Part shown: positions 55,518 to 64,000 of the stretch, piece after piece | Layout: each line of letters starts with the position of its first letter | Numbering within the stretch: position 1 is the stretch's first letter | Virus record (IMG/VR): IMGVR_UViG_2524023245_000003 | Location: 398-64,397 of that record | DNA from: a virus | Lineage: Duplodnaviria > Caudoviricetes | DNA: 64,000 bases | Direction: 5' to 3' (one strand) | Notes under the pieces: generated by a model | What the model saw: the letters and a program-made list of their open reading frames with translations, nothing else | Database searches by the model: none | Told to the model about the DNA's origin: nothing | Program-made: the position numbers and the translations under genes

Positions 55518-55636
55518 CGTGCACTGCCTGCGTACGGGCGGGGGCGCGGGAGGGGGCGGCCGGTGCCGCACGTGCACGTCTCCATGTCCCCGCCGCAGGG
55601 GCACCGCGGGGCGGTGGTCTCGGGCTGCTCAGACAT
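55514..55636 (-). CDS. 40-aa Cys-rich peptide
   Basis: MSEQPETTAPRCPCGGDMETCTCG; GGAGG RBS and GTGA coupling. Confidence 0.5.
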   Translation of the reverse strand: MSEQPETTAPRCPCGGDMETCTCGTGRPLPRPRPYAGSAR

Positions 55637-55639
55637 GGG

Positions 55640-55969
55640 TCAGTCCTCCGTGGTGGTGGTGAGGTGGGTGACGGCGCCGCACAGGGCGCACGTGTACTCG
55701 CCGTCGCCGGACGGCTCGTGCGGGGCCTCGGAGGGGCCGCGGTCAGCGCAGGGCATCCACGCCACGTCAGCCGCCTCGAGGGCGGCGGCGTCCGCGTACG
55801 CACGCTCGCGAAGCGCCGCGATGACCTCGTCCTCGGTCAGCCAGCGGGCGACCCGCGGCCGGTCGAGGTGATGGAGGCGGCGGCGCAGCCGGGCCGCGCG
55901 GGCCCAGGCGCCGGCGGCGGCGAGCGACGCGCCCAGCCACAAGGCGGCCACGTACAGGGCGGTCGTCAC
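55640..55969 (-). CDS. Hypothetical protein with N-terminal TM and Zn ribbon
   Basis: Coupled start; C...H...CALC. Confidence 0.65.
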   Translation of the reverse strand: MTTALYVAALWLGASLAAAGAWARAARLRRRLHHLDRPRVARWLTEDEVIAALRERAYADAAALEAADVAWMPCADRGPSEAPHEPSGDGEYTCALCGAVTHLTTTTED

Positions 55970-56583
55970 GTCGTCACCTCGCCCGGCCCGCGGGTGACCG
56001 CGTCGTACACGTCGCGGGCCCAGCGGGCGTCACCCATCGCGGTGTGCGCCACACCCCAGCCCGGCGGCTCGACACCCACCGCGCGGGACACGCCGTGCGA
56101 GGAGTACGGCACAGCCGGCGCCGGTTTCCTGCCGGGGTCCTGGGCGCCATCGCGGGCGCCGTGCATGTACCCGGCCGCCAGCGTCGTCACGTCGACCGTC
56201 CGGTAGTGCCAGGGCGGCTGCATGCCGCTGGCGCGCAGGATCTTGGCGAGGAACGCAGCGTCGAAAGCGGGATTCGAGCCGATCAGGATCGCGTCCTCCA
56301 GCGCGAGGCGGATCTCACCGGCGAGTTCGTACGGCCCCAGCGCGCCAGGGGGCGAGCACGTCATGTCCGCAGCCGGGTAGGGGCCCTGGACGGCGTGCCG
56401 CTGGTAGTAGCCGCCGATGGTCAGGGCTTCGGGCTGGGCGAAGTGCAGCGGCACGCGGGCCTGCCACAGGTACTCGCGCTCGGTGCCGTCCGCTTCGCGG
56501 CGGATGACGGCGATCTCCCACGCGTCGTGCAGGCGCGGGTCCAGGCCGGTGGTCTCGGTGTCGGTGAAGGCGAGCGCGGTCAC
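55966..56583 (-). CDS. DEDD 3'-5' exonuclease (DnaQ-like)
   Basis: DTETTGL, GSNPAFD, HTAMGDA. Confidence 0.92.
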   Translation of the reverse strand: MTALAFTDTETTGLDPRLHDAWEIAVIRREADGTEREYLWQARVPLHFAQPEALTIGGYYQRHAVQGPYPAADMTCSPPGALGPYELAGEIRLALEDAILIGSNPAFDAAFLAKILRASGMQPPWHYRTVDVTTLAAGYMHGARDGAQDPGRKPAPAVPYSSHGVSRAVGVEPPGWGVAHTAMGDARWARDVYDAVTRGPGEVTT

Positions 56584-57431
56584 TGGGCACCGCCCGAGCC
56601 AGGCTGAGCAGCGGCCGGCCAGCCGGCCGCGGGCTCGTCCACGAACTCCGCGTCGATCGGACCCTCGTCGTCGGCGAGTTCCACGGGCTGCGGCGGCATC
56701 GGCGCGTCCGCGGCGGCCAGCTCGCCCGCGACTTCCGCCGCAGCACGCAGCTGTTCCCGACGGAACTCCGCGCTCGTGGGAACCCACTTCGTGAGCCTGC
56801 GCACGGCGGTCTTGAGCCACATCGCCTCCTCGTTCGTGTTCCACGGGGAGTACTCCGAATTGCGGCCATCCGACTTGGCCTTGGCCTCCATCACCTGCTG
56901 GCGGTTGAGGATGACCACCTTGGAGGTGGCGCCGTCCTTCATGACCGCGTACGCGTACACGCCGACCAGGTCACCGCGGTCCCCGCCGAACCAGTCGACA
57001 TCGTGGACGGGCCGGTCGTCCTGGCCCAGGACGTACCGGAAGGAGTCACGCTCGCGGACGGATTCCACGATCACGCTGGAGACGGCCCCAGCCCGGTAGA
57101 TCAGCTCGATGAACCCCTGGTAGCCGACGATGCCCTTGACGACCATCCGCCCCTTGACCTTGCGGGGGGTCAGGTAGAACTGCTCAGTGCCCGGCTCCAG
57201 CCCGAGGCGGGCGGCGGTGCGCAGCTCGCGGAGGAACGTGCCGATGTCGTTGGTGGCGGCCTGGACGAGCTTGACGTCGCCGCGGATCGCGCCGACCGCC
57301 AGGCGCACCCACTGGTCGGGATTGATGTGGGAGGGCATCAGGGCGGCGTACTCGTCGCGGTACTGCTCGACCATGGCGGCCGGGCCGGTGTCGCGGACGG
57401 CGACAGCGGCGGTCACGGTGTTCTCGGTCAT
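56580..57431 (-). CDS. recT: RecT-family single-strand annealing protein
   Basis: AARLGLEP...YL.P...GYQG.IELIYR...MWLKTAVRRL.KW.P.S. Confidence 0.93.
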   Translation of the reverse strand: MTENTVTAAVAVRDTGPAAMVEQYRDEYAALMPSHINPDQWVRLAVGAIRGDVKLVQAATNDIGTFLRELRTAARLGLEPGTEQFYLTPRKVKGRMVVKGIVGYQGFIELIYRAGAVSSVIVESVRERDSFRYVLGQDDRPVHDVDWFGGDRGDLVGVYAYAVMKDGATSKVVILNRQQVMEAKAKSDGRNSEYSPWNTNEEAMWLKTAVRRLTKWVPTSAEFRREQLRAAAEVAGELAAADAPMPPQPVELADDEGPIDAEFVDEPAAGWPAAAQPGSGGAQ

Positions 57432-58342
57432 CGGGCGTTCCTTCGGGTGCGGGCGGGCAGGAGCTGGTAGGTGCGTCCTCCGCGGACGGTGCGGGTGGCG
57501 ATCCGGTCGCCTTCGTAGGTGGCGCGGCGGCCGGTGCCGATCGCGTCCAGCAGCAGGGACTTGCAGGCGGTGAGTTCGTCCTCGGCCGCCCACGCGCCGT
57601 CTTGCGCGGCGTGGAAGCGGCCCCGCAGCTGCTCGGGGATGGGCACGTCGACGTCGTCCATGCCGTCCGGGATGGCCTTGACGGCCTGGTAGGTGGCGGT
57701 GTGGCCGTCGATCGGCGGCGGCGTACCGGCGGCCAGGGACGCCATGAACGCGGCGCCGCGGGTGAGCATCAGCTCGGTGTCGGCCTGGTCCGGCTCGATG
57801 ACGTACTCGCGGTACTCGCACCCGGCGATCAGCACCGCCACATGGGCCCGTCGGGCGCCGAGTGCTGCGCAGTACCAGCGGACCTGCGCCCGGTAGTGCA
57901 CCGGGATGTCATCGGTACCGGGCTCGCCCCAGCCCTCGTCATCCCGGCTGGTCTTGGCTTCCACGATCTCGACCGCGCCGTCTGCGGCGACGGCGAGCCG
58001 GTCGGGGTTGGCGATGTGCCAGGGGCGGCCGGCGGCGGCGTAGGTGGGCGCCGGGTGCAGCACCACCTCGGGGTGCCGCCGGGCGAACTCGTCGCAGATG
58101 GTGGGCTCGTGGCGCTTCCCCCAGTACATGACCTCCGTCTCCTCCGGCGGCGGCACCGTGCCGCGCTTGCGGTGCCACAGCGAGAACGGGGACTCGTAGG
58201 GGGAGAGGCCGAGGACGGCGGCGATCTCGCTCCCGCCGATCCCCGCCGCTCGGGCCGCGTGCCACTCCGGCGACCCGGGCTCGAACCAGCCGACGACGGC
58301 GGCCGGGGCCGAAGCGGCCCCGGCCAGCACGGTGGTGGTCAT
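57428..58342 (-). CDS. YqaJ/RecE-like exonuclease
   Basis: WHAAR..GIGGSE...G...E...ANPD...EAKT...Y..QV. Confidence 0.93.
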   Translation of the reverse strand: MTTTVLAGAASAPAAVVGWFEPGSPEWHAARAAGIGGSEIAAVLGLSPYESPFSLWHRKRGTVPPPEETEVMYWGKRHEPTICDEFARRHPEVVLHPAPTYAAAGRPWHIANPDRLAVAADGAVEIVEAKTSRDDEGWGEPGTDDIPVHYRAQVRWYCAALGARRAHVAVLIAGCEYREYVIEPDQADTELMLTRGAAFMASLAAGTPPPIDGHTATYQAVKAIPDGMDDVDVPIPEQLRGRFHAAQDGAWAAEDELTACKSLLLDAIGTGRRATYEGDRIATRTVRGGRTYQLLPARTRRNAR

Positions 58343-58653
58343 CGACTCAGCTCCCCGCCGTGCTCAGCGATCAGGGACCGCAGCAGGTGAGACGGCACGG
58401 ACCGGTAGTCGCCCGACCCCTCGGGGTCGGCGTACGGAGCCCACGACGCGGGCGGGATCACGTACGTGCCCAGCAGGACGTCGAACCAGTTGAACTGGCC
58501 ATCGGCCGGGTGCTCACCGTCAGGGCAGGGCATGGACGTCACCGACATCCAGTACTTGCTGCGTCCGGGGCCGTCCCCGTCGGCGAGGTGGATCATGCGC
58601 GGGTAGATGCCAGTCCCGTCCAGGACCAGGCGATCGAGGAGTGTCATGCTCAT
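58339..58653 (-). CDS. Hypothetical protein
   Basis: GGAGG RBS before MSMTLLDRL; frame stays open upstream to 58971 through a wHTH-like region. Confidence 0.6.
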   Translation of the reverse strand: MSMTLLDRLVLDGTGIYPRMIHLADGDGPGRSKYWMSVTSMPCPDGEHPADGQFNWFDVLLGTYVIPPASWAPYADPEGSGDYRSVPSHLLRSLIAEHGGELSR

Positions 58654-58967
58654 GCGCTGCCTCCGGTACGTGCTGCGCGGCGGGCGCGCATGCGGGTGAG
58701 GATCTGGGGCTGGGTGGGCTTGGCCCAGCGGTGCCAGCGGGCCATGGGCGTCTTCTGGGCGTGGCCTCGGGCGGGCGGTGTAGTAGCGGCGCCCGTGGGC
58801 GTCGTGCAGCGTGAGGGCGCCCCGTCGGGCGAGCGTCTTGAGGTCGCCGCGCGCGGTGGCGCGGCCGGGGGCGGCTCCGGTGGTCCGGTAGAGCCGCATG
58901 ACGCGGCCGGTGGTCCACTGCCCGCCGGCGCGGGCGACCTCGTGCCGCAGCAGGTCGAGGCGGGCGG

Positions 58968-59327
58968 TCACTGGCTACCGCCTTCGGTGGCGATCCCGGT
59001 GAGCCAGTCGTCGCCGGTGAGGTACTCAGGGCGGCACGCCGCCCACAGGGCGATGGCCGCGGCCAGGTCCCGGCGAGAGAACTCGTCCAGCCCCCGCTGG
59101 CTGATGTGGTGCCGCCACGAGGCGCGGCAGGCGGTGTAGGCGCGGTAGGAGACGTCGTAGCCCGCGCCGGGGTCGACGTCAGCGGCGGGCACACCGCGGG
59201 CCAGGCACACGGCGGCCCGCGCGTCAGCGAGCGCGGTGTCCCGGTCAGCGGCGGTGGCGGCGTCGTGGGCGGGCCACAGGAGGAGGATGTCGGCCATGCG
59301 CTGCGCGGCGCGCTGGGCGGGCGTCAT
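58968..59327 (-). CDS. Hypothetical protein
   Basis: Coupled on both sides. Confidence 0.65.
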   Translation of the reverse strand: MTPAQRAAQRMADILLLWPAHDAATAADRDTALADARAAVCLARGVPAADVDPGAGYDVSYRAYTACRASWRHHISQRGLDEFSRRDLAAAIALWAACRPEYLTGDDWLTGIATEGGSQ

Positions 59328-59506
59328 CGGGGGTCTCCCGAGCGGTGCCGGGCGGGGTTGTCGCGCCGGTCGGCGCGGCGGTGGCGCCAGTCGCCGATCA
59401 GGTCACCCGCGGTCGGCACCGCGACGAAGACGAGCGCAACGGTGCCGCCGAACAGGGCGATGGAGGCGAGGACGGTCCAGAGGATGTCCCAGATGGATTG
59501 CGTCAC
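59324..59506 (-). CDS. Small membrane protein
   Basis: One TM helix; GTGA coupling. Confidence 0.6.
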   Translation of the reverse strand: MTQSIWDILWTVLASIALFGGTVALVFVAVPTAGDLIGDWRHRRADRRDNPARHRSGDPR

Positions 59507-60333
59507 GACGCACCGCCCGTCGTCTCGTCGCGCGCGGCCTGGTCCTCGGCAGCGCGCTGCCGGGCGAGCGTCGGGCAGGACGGGCACGACTCGCAGCACG
59601 GCCCGCAGTCCTCCGGGTCACAGCAGCCGTCCGCCCGGTGCAGGTGACAGCACACGGCCGCGCCCTCGCCCAGCTCGTACGGCACCGGCCCGGCCAGGTC
59701 GGCGCGGAGTGCGGCGGCCCGCTCCGGGTCCAGCTCCAGCACGTACGGCCCGCCGGACGGGCCGGACAGCAGCACCGTCACCGAGTCGTCGTCGCCCCAC
59801 TCGATGTCCTGCGGCGACCAGCGCAGCTCCAGCGGCGGCACGTCTCCGGTGTCCTGCTCGGCGTCGTCGGCCATGCCGTACAGCGCCTGGGCTGCCTGCG
59901 CGGCAGCCCACTCGCGGTCCTCGGCCAGGTCACCGCCCCTGGAGCGGAGTTCCTCGGCTACCTCACCGACCGCAGTGCCAGCCTCGCGCAGCACCTCGGC
60001 GCGGCGGGGGCGGGCGGCCAGCTCGGCGCGCAGCCGGTCGATCTCGGCGAGCAGCTCCGGGACGTCCTCGTGCGTCTCGGTGCCCCGCGCCAGCGCTGCG
60101 AACACCCGCACGTACGGGTATACGGGGTGGCCCGGCAGCAACGCGCGGCCCCGCTCCTCGATCGCGGCAGCGACCTGCTCCCGCGTATCGCGCTCCAGCG
60201 CGGCGGCACCCTCCGGTGTCTGGTGCATTCCGGCCGCGTCGACCGCGAACGCGATGCCCATCGGCGTCCGATCCTGCGCCAGCGCCCGGTGGATCACGCC
60301 TGCCAGCGCGTTCAGCGCCCTCGCGGTACTCAC
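59503..60333 (-). CDS. Hypothetical protein
   Basis: DVPELLAEIDRLRAEL segment, Cys-rich C-terminus; coupled. Confidence 0.7.
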   Translation of the reverse strand: MSTARALNALAGVIHRALAQDRTPMGIAFAVDAAGMHQTPEGAAALERDTREQVAAAIEERGRALLPGHPVYPYVRVFAALARGTETHEDVPELLAEIDRLRAELAARPRRAEVLREAGTAVGEVAEELRSRGGDLAEDREWAAAQAAQALYGMADDAEQDTGDVPPLELRWSPQDIEWGDDDSVTVLLSGPSGGPYVLELDPERAAALRADLAGPVPYELGEGAAVCCHLHRADGCCDPEDCGPCCESCPSCPTLARQRAAEDQAARDETTGGAS

Positions 60334-60752
60334 GCCGTCACCCCGAGGTCAGCCGTGCGGCACACCGAGTCCCGATCCAGGTCCACCAGCTGGTGGTGCT
60401 GCTCAGCCGCACGGCCCTCACTCAGGTACGCGTCCGACACCGCCAGCGGGATGATCGCGGTCACCTCGATGCGCACATCCCGCCACACCGTGGTCAGCAC
60501 GTGGCTGCGGTACCGCTCGCCGCCGTGCTCGTAGTCGCGTCCACGCGGCCGGATGCAGCCGCCGAGGGCATGGGCGTAGGCGCCCAGCGCCTCGAAGTTG
60601 GCGTACGCGCCCTGGAGCCAGCCGCGCAGGACGGGCCGCTCCTGGTCGATGCTCCAGCTCGCGGGGAACCGGCCGGCGAGATCAGGCTGAGAGGTGAGGA
60701 GTTGCACCAGCGCGGTGGCCGGGGCGGTCTGCGGGATAACCTTGGCGGTCAT
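60330..60752 (-). CDS. Hypothetical early protein
   Basis: GAAAGGA RBS; AEQHHQL.D motif. Confidence 0.75.
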   Translation of the reverse strand: MTAKVIPQTAPATALVQLLTSQPDLAGRFPASWSIDQERPVLRGWLQGAYANFEALGAYAHALGGCIRPRGRDYEHGGERYRSHVLTTVWRDVRIEVTAIIPLAVSDAYLSEGRAAEQHHQLVDLDRDSVCRTADLGVTA

Positions 60753-60830
60753 GGCCCGTCCTTTCGAGGTTGTGGGTGGGTCAGGGGTCGCTCGGGGATC
60801 AGCCGGGCGGCCCCGCTTGTACGTGGGGGG

Positions 60831-61280
60831 TCAGGCGCTGATTGGCTGCACCGCACCGAGCACCGAGTTGAGGCGGATGTCCTCGGCGGTGAATGTGATC
60901 CGGCCACCGTCGTTGTGGTGGTGCACCTCACGTCGGTACGCCTTGATCTTCAGAACGCGCGGGCTGCCGTACGGCATCAGCCGCTTCTCGACGACTTCCT
61001 CGGGGGTGTAGCGCCGCAGCTCGGACTCGCTGGTGGGGTCCGGGGCGGGGGGCTTGTGCGTGGCCGTGGTGGACACGTCTTCTCCTCGGGTGATGTCTGC
61101 GGGCGGCACCCCCAGCGCCTCCGCGATGCGGAGAAGCCTGTCGGCGGATGGTTCCTTGATCAGTCCCCGCTCCAGGCGAGACAGGTATCCGTGATCAAGT
61201 CCGGTGAGCTGCGAAAGGCCACGGATGCTCAGTCTCTGGACCTTCCGGTGGGCTCGAATGGCGGTGCCGTTTGGTGTCAC
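60831..61280 (-). CDS. Cro-like XRE protein in frame with an excisionase-like domain (internal start 61076)
   Basis: LSIRGLSQLTGLDHGYLSRLERG; RYTPEEV...GGRITFTAEDI. Confidence 0.8.
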   Translation of the reverse strand: MTPNGTAIRAHRKVQRLSIRGLSQLTGLDHGYLSRLERGLIKEPSADRLLRIAEALGVPPADITRGEDVSTTATHKPPAPDPTSESELRRYTPEEVVEKRLMPYGSPRVLKIKAYRREVHHHNDGGRITFTAEDIRLNSVLGAVQPISA

Positions 61281-61481
61281 GTTCAGAGACTAGGCATTCA
61301 GGGTGCACGATGGCAAGTGTCTGTGCTCAGTTTACGTACAGAGAATGCACATGGTGACGCGTGTAGTGCACTCGGGGCGCACTCTGCGTTCGTCGCGTGC
61401 AACCCGTGCGCTGCGAATGCGCTGCTCACTAGGCGAGATGTGGCCTGCCGTGGTGCATTCGGATGCGGCATGATGTGCCGC
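61281..61481. promoter_or_regulatory. Genetic switch: divergent promoters and repeated GCA(T/C)TC operator half-sites
   Basis: Leftward TTGCCA-18 nt-TAGTCT ending 6 nt before cro GTG; six GCAYTC/GAATGC copies. Confidence 0.65.
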
Positions 61482-62006
61482 ATGACCCGAGACTGGGCGC
61501 GACTGGGCGCACAACTGAAGGCGGCGAGTAGGCATCGCGGCCTTCAGCAGCAGGATGTTGCCCAAGCCGTAGGTGTGGGGCGTGGGGCGATTCGCAACAT
61601 CGAGCAGGGCAGCGTCGCGAAGATGACGCTGACGATCAGGGAGTACGCACGCCTCGTCGGCTGGACTGATGACTCGCCCGAGGTTGTACTTGCAGGCGGC
61701 GAGCCGACCATGCGCGGCGAGCCGCCCTCAGGCGCCGACACCCAGATTCCGCCTGCGGGGGCGTTCTCGCCCGACGCGGATGACCTGTCACTCGCAGTGA
61801 GGCACGCGCTCGGTGAAGGGCCGCTGCTGGACTCGAAAGTGATCACCGTGCCGACCGCTGGCGGCGCCCTCACCGCCACCATCGTCGTACGCGGCCAGCC
61901 GGACGCGAGTGACGAGGACCTGCACCGTGCGCTGCGGGAATGGCGCGACCGAGAGCCAGACCTGCGACGTCTGGAAGATGACGACACGTCAACTCCCGGG
62001 CAGTAG
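61482..62006 (+). CDS. Immunity repressor (XRE HTH)
   Basis: GLQQQDVAQAVGVGRGAIRNIEQG...GWT..S...L.GGEP; divergent from cro, upstream of integrase. Confidence 0.88.
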   Translation: MTRDWARLGAQLKAASRHRGLQQQDVAQAVGVGRGAIRNIEQGSVAKMTLTIREYARLVGWTDDSPEVVLAGGEPTMRGEPPSGADTQIPPAGAFSPDADDLSLAVRHALGEGPLLDSKVITVPTAGGALTATIVVRGQPDASDEDLHRALREWRDREPDLRRLEDDDTSTPGQ

Positions 62007-62110
62007 TACAGGGTTCAGATTCTTTGCCCCCATACCTACACAACCCGTCACTCATATGGTCTGATGTGATTTCTCAGAGTGAGGGGACCACCGCTAGGTC
62101 TGGGGGATCT

Positions 62111-62311
62111 ATGCGGACACTCCACCGGGCCCGCGTCCACCGCGTCCAGGGCATGCCGCACGGCGTGCGCATGTGGATCGAGCCCACCGGACCCAACCGG
62201 GCCGACGTGTACCTCTGCGCCGACACGTTCACCGAAGAGGAGGCCCACAGATTGGAAGTACAGCTCAACGACGAGACAGGGGGACATGGGGATGGACTCC
62301 CCAGCAGGTGA
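62111..62311 (+). CDS. Small hypothetical protein between repressor and integrase
   Basis: GGGGGA RBS. Confidence 0.6.
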   Translation: MRTLHRARVHRVQGMPHGVRMWIEPTGPNRADVYLCADTFTEEEAHRLEVQLNDETGGHGDGLPSR

Positions 62312-62395
62312 CTTAGCTGAGACGCTGCGTCCCCCCCACCACCCCGGATCTCACCGGGGTGCCGCGCAGCTCTCCACGGATGAGAGCAGCACGCA

Positions 62396-64000
62396 GTGGC
62401 ATACCCGGAGAAGCGCAGGGGCCGAGACGGCAAGGACTACTACCGGGCCCGCTACAAGCGGCCCGACGGCAAGACGGGGACCGTCTGCGGCGCAGACGGC
62501 AAGGCCATCAAGTTCCCCACCAAGCGCACCGCACTGAAGGCCGGCCAGGAGACTGAGCGGGAAGCGGACGCCGCCGTAGGCCGCGGGGGGTGGGTCGCAC
62601 CCGAAGTCGGCCGCATCACCTTCCACGAGTTCGTCCTCGGCGAGCCCGATACCACCGACGAGGGCTGGTACGCCGAGCAGGAACTCGCTGACTCGACGCT
62701 TCAGACGTACGGGCACAGCCTCAAGCATCTGCTGCCGACCTTCGGCGACATGGCGCTCGCGGCGATCACCCGAAAGCACGTCGAGTCCTGGGAGCGTGCC
62801 AAGCGAGCGGAGGGGGCCACAAGCGTTGACGCATACCGCTCCCTGCTGCACCTCATACTCGGCGACGCCGTAGATCAAGGGCTGATCGGCTCCAATCCGG
62901 CGGCCCGCCGCCGCAATCGAGGTAAGCGCGCCGGGCGGACATCCGCCCGCGGGCCCGAGAAGGCGATCACGGGCCCGCTGGGCGCACTGCTGCTCGCCGA
63001 ACGGGCATCGCTACTGACCGGCCGGGGCGATGAGTTCGTCGCCACGATCATGAAGTTCTACACCGGCATGCGCTGGGGTGAAGTCGTCGGCCTGGAGCCC
63101 GAGTACGTCCGCGAGCGGCTGATCCGCGTCGAGTGGCAGCTCTACGAACTCGACTCGGGCGCGCTGGTGCGCTGCCCGCCCAAGGACGACAGCTACCGGG
63201 GCATCGATACCCCCGAGTGGCTCGCCCGCCTCGTCGCCGGGGCCGCGGCCCCGGCGAAGTGTCCATGCCACGGCCGCGCCTACGTCTACCGCGGCCGTGG
63301 CCCGGCCGGAGGAGGAGCGCGCAGGGACGGCGCGACACTGGCCGACGTCGCCCGCGAGGCGGGCGTCTCCGCCGGCACCGTTTCCAACGTCCTGAACCGG
63401 CCCACCCGCGTCTCCGAGCTGACACGGGCGCGGGTGGAGAAGGCCGTCGCCCAGCTCGGGTTCGTGCGCCGGACGGGCATCTCTGGGGACGGGGTCCACT
63501 GGAAACGATCCGGGTACTCGACCTGGGTTTTTGAGCCTGCCGCGACGGGCTGGTACCCGCCGAAGGCGCCGTACGAGCGGCGGCCGGTGCCCGTGACCGC
63601 GACTCCGTGGCCGGGCGTACCCGTTCGCGGGCGCGGCTCGGCCGCGCGGGCGGAGGCGTGCTGGCTGCCGATCCGGCACGGTCTCACGCGGCACGGCCTG
63701 CGGCACGCCCACCGCACGCTGATGGAAGACCTGGGCACGCCCAAGGTGCTCATGGACGAGCGGATGGGTCACTCGGACAGCTCGGTGTCGGGCCGGTACG
63801 CGCACGTGACGGACTCCATGCGGATCAGGCTCGTGGATGCCCTGACAGAGCAGTGGGAGGTGTCGCTGGACGAGCGCCTGGCCCTGTGCCGGACCTCGGC
63901 GGTGCCGGTGCTGGAGCGGCTGCTGCGGGAGCGGGAAGCGGTGCATGACGGCTCTGTGGGAGTCGTCTCCCAGCTGGCTCCCAGAAGGCACCGCACATAG
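62396..64000 (+). CDS. int: Tyrosine integrase with an inserted LacI-type HTH
   Basis: GMRWGE, HGLRH, MGH, RYAH catalytic motifs; TLADVAREAGVSAGTVSNVLN insertion. Confidence 0.93.
   Translation: MAYPEKRRGRDGKDYYRARYKRPDGKTGTVCGADGKAIKFPTKRTALKAGQETEREADAAVGRGGWVAPEVGRITFHEFVLGEPDTTDEGWYAEQELADSTLQTYGHSLKHLLPTFGDMALAAITRKHVESWERAKRAEGATSVDAYRSLLHLILGDAVDQGLIGSNPAARRRNRGKRAGRTSARGPEKAITGPLGALLLAERASLLTGRGDEFVATIMKFYTGMRWGEVVGLEPEYVRERLIRVEWQLYELDSGALVRCPPKDDSYRGIDTPEWLARLVAGAAAPAKCPCHGRAYVYRGRGPAGGGARRDGATLADVAREAGVSAGTVSNVLNRPTRVSELTRARVEKAVAQLGFVRRTGISGDGVHWKRSGYSTWVFEPAATGWYPPKAPYERRPVPVTATPWPGVPVRGRGSAARAEACWLPIRHGLTRHGLRHAHRTLMEDLGTPKVLMDERMGHSDSSVSGRYAHVTDSMRIRLVDALTEQWEVSLDERLALCRTSAVPVLERLLREREAVHDGSVGVVSQLAPRRHRT

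Larger units (their letters stand above)
1..64000. mobile_element. Temperate siphovirus prophage (actinophage, probably Streptomyces); both ends likely extend beyond the window
   Basis: Complete syntenic modules: integrase, repressor/cro, recombination, replication, terminase, portal, capsid, tail, tape measure, lysis. Confidence 0.96.

Noticed and set aside
59106-62006. 966-aa plus-strand ORF
   Set aside because: Only the last 174 codons (from 61482) are the repressor; the rest overlaps real minus-strand genes

Overview
A nearly complete temperate siphovirus prophage from a high-GC actinomycete, most consistent with Streptomyces (very high GC, WhiB, one in-frame TTA codon, Streptomyces-type accessory genes). 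Almost everything is on the minus strand. Reading from the right end: tyrosine integrase (ends at 64000), immunity repressor/cro switch, RecE/RecT recombination, RusA, WhiB, a TcmP-like/HNH/ParB-radical-SAM trio, a replication initiator with internal iterons, two DNA methyltransferases, a self-regulated membrane/nuclease cassette, a late promoter followed by an array of small ORFs, terminase/portal/capsid, two glycosyltransferase genes inside the head module, the tail module, the lysis cassette and a left-end accessory cluster. No att site was identified, and no tRNA, rRNA or CRISPR was seen. The best candidates for new biology are: (1) a GT-methyltransferase-GT plus GT pair between capsid and head-tail adaptor genes, a putative virion glycosylation/methylation system; (2) the TcmP-like + ParB-radical-SAM module and the MTases, several of which end in beta-clamp-binding-like motifs; (3) a recurring start-associated motif (A)GGCCCGCGCCATG that flanks a 180-bp in-frame insertion and is the target of a possible RNA pseudoknot switch; (4) a plasmid-spread-like membrane cassette with its own tandem operators. 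Family assignments come from recalled motifs and synteny; no database search was run.
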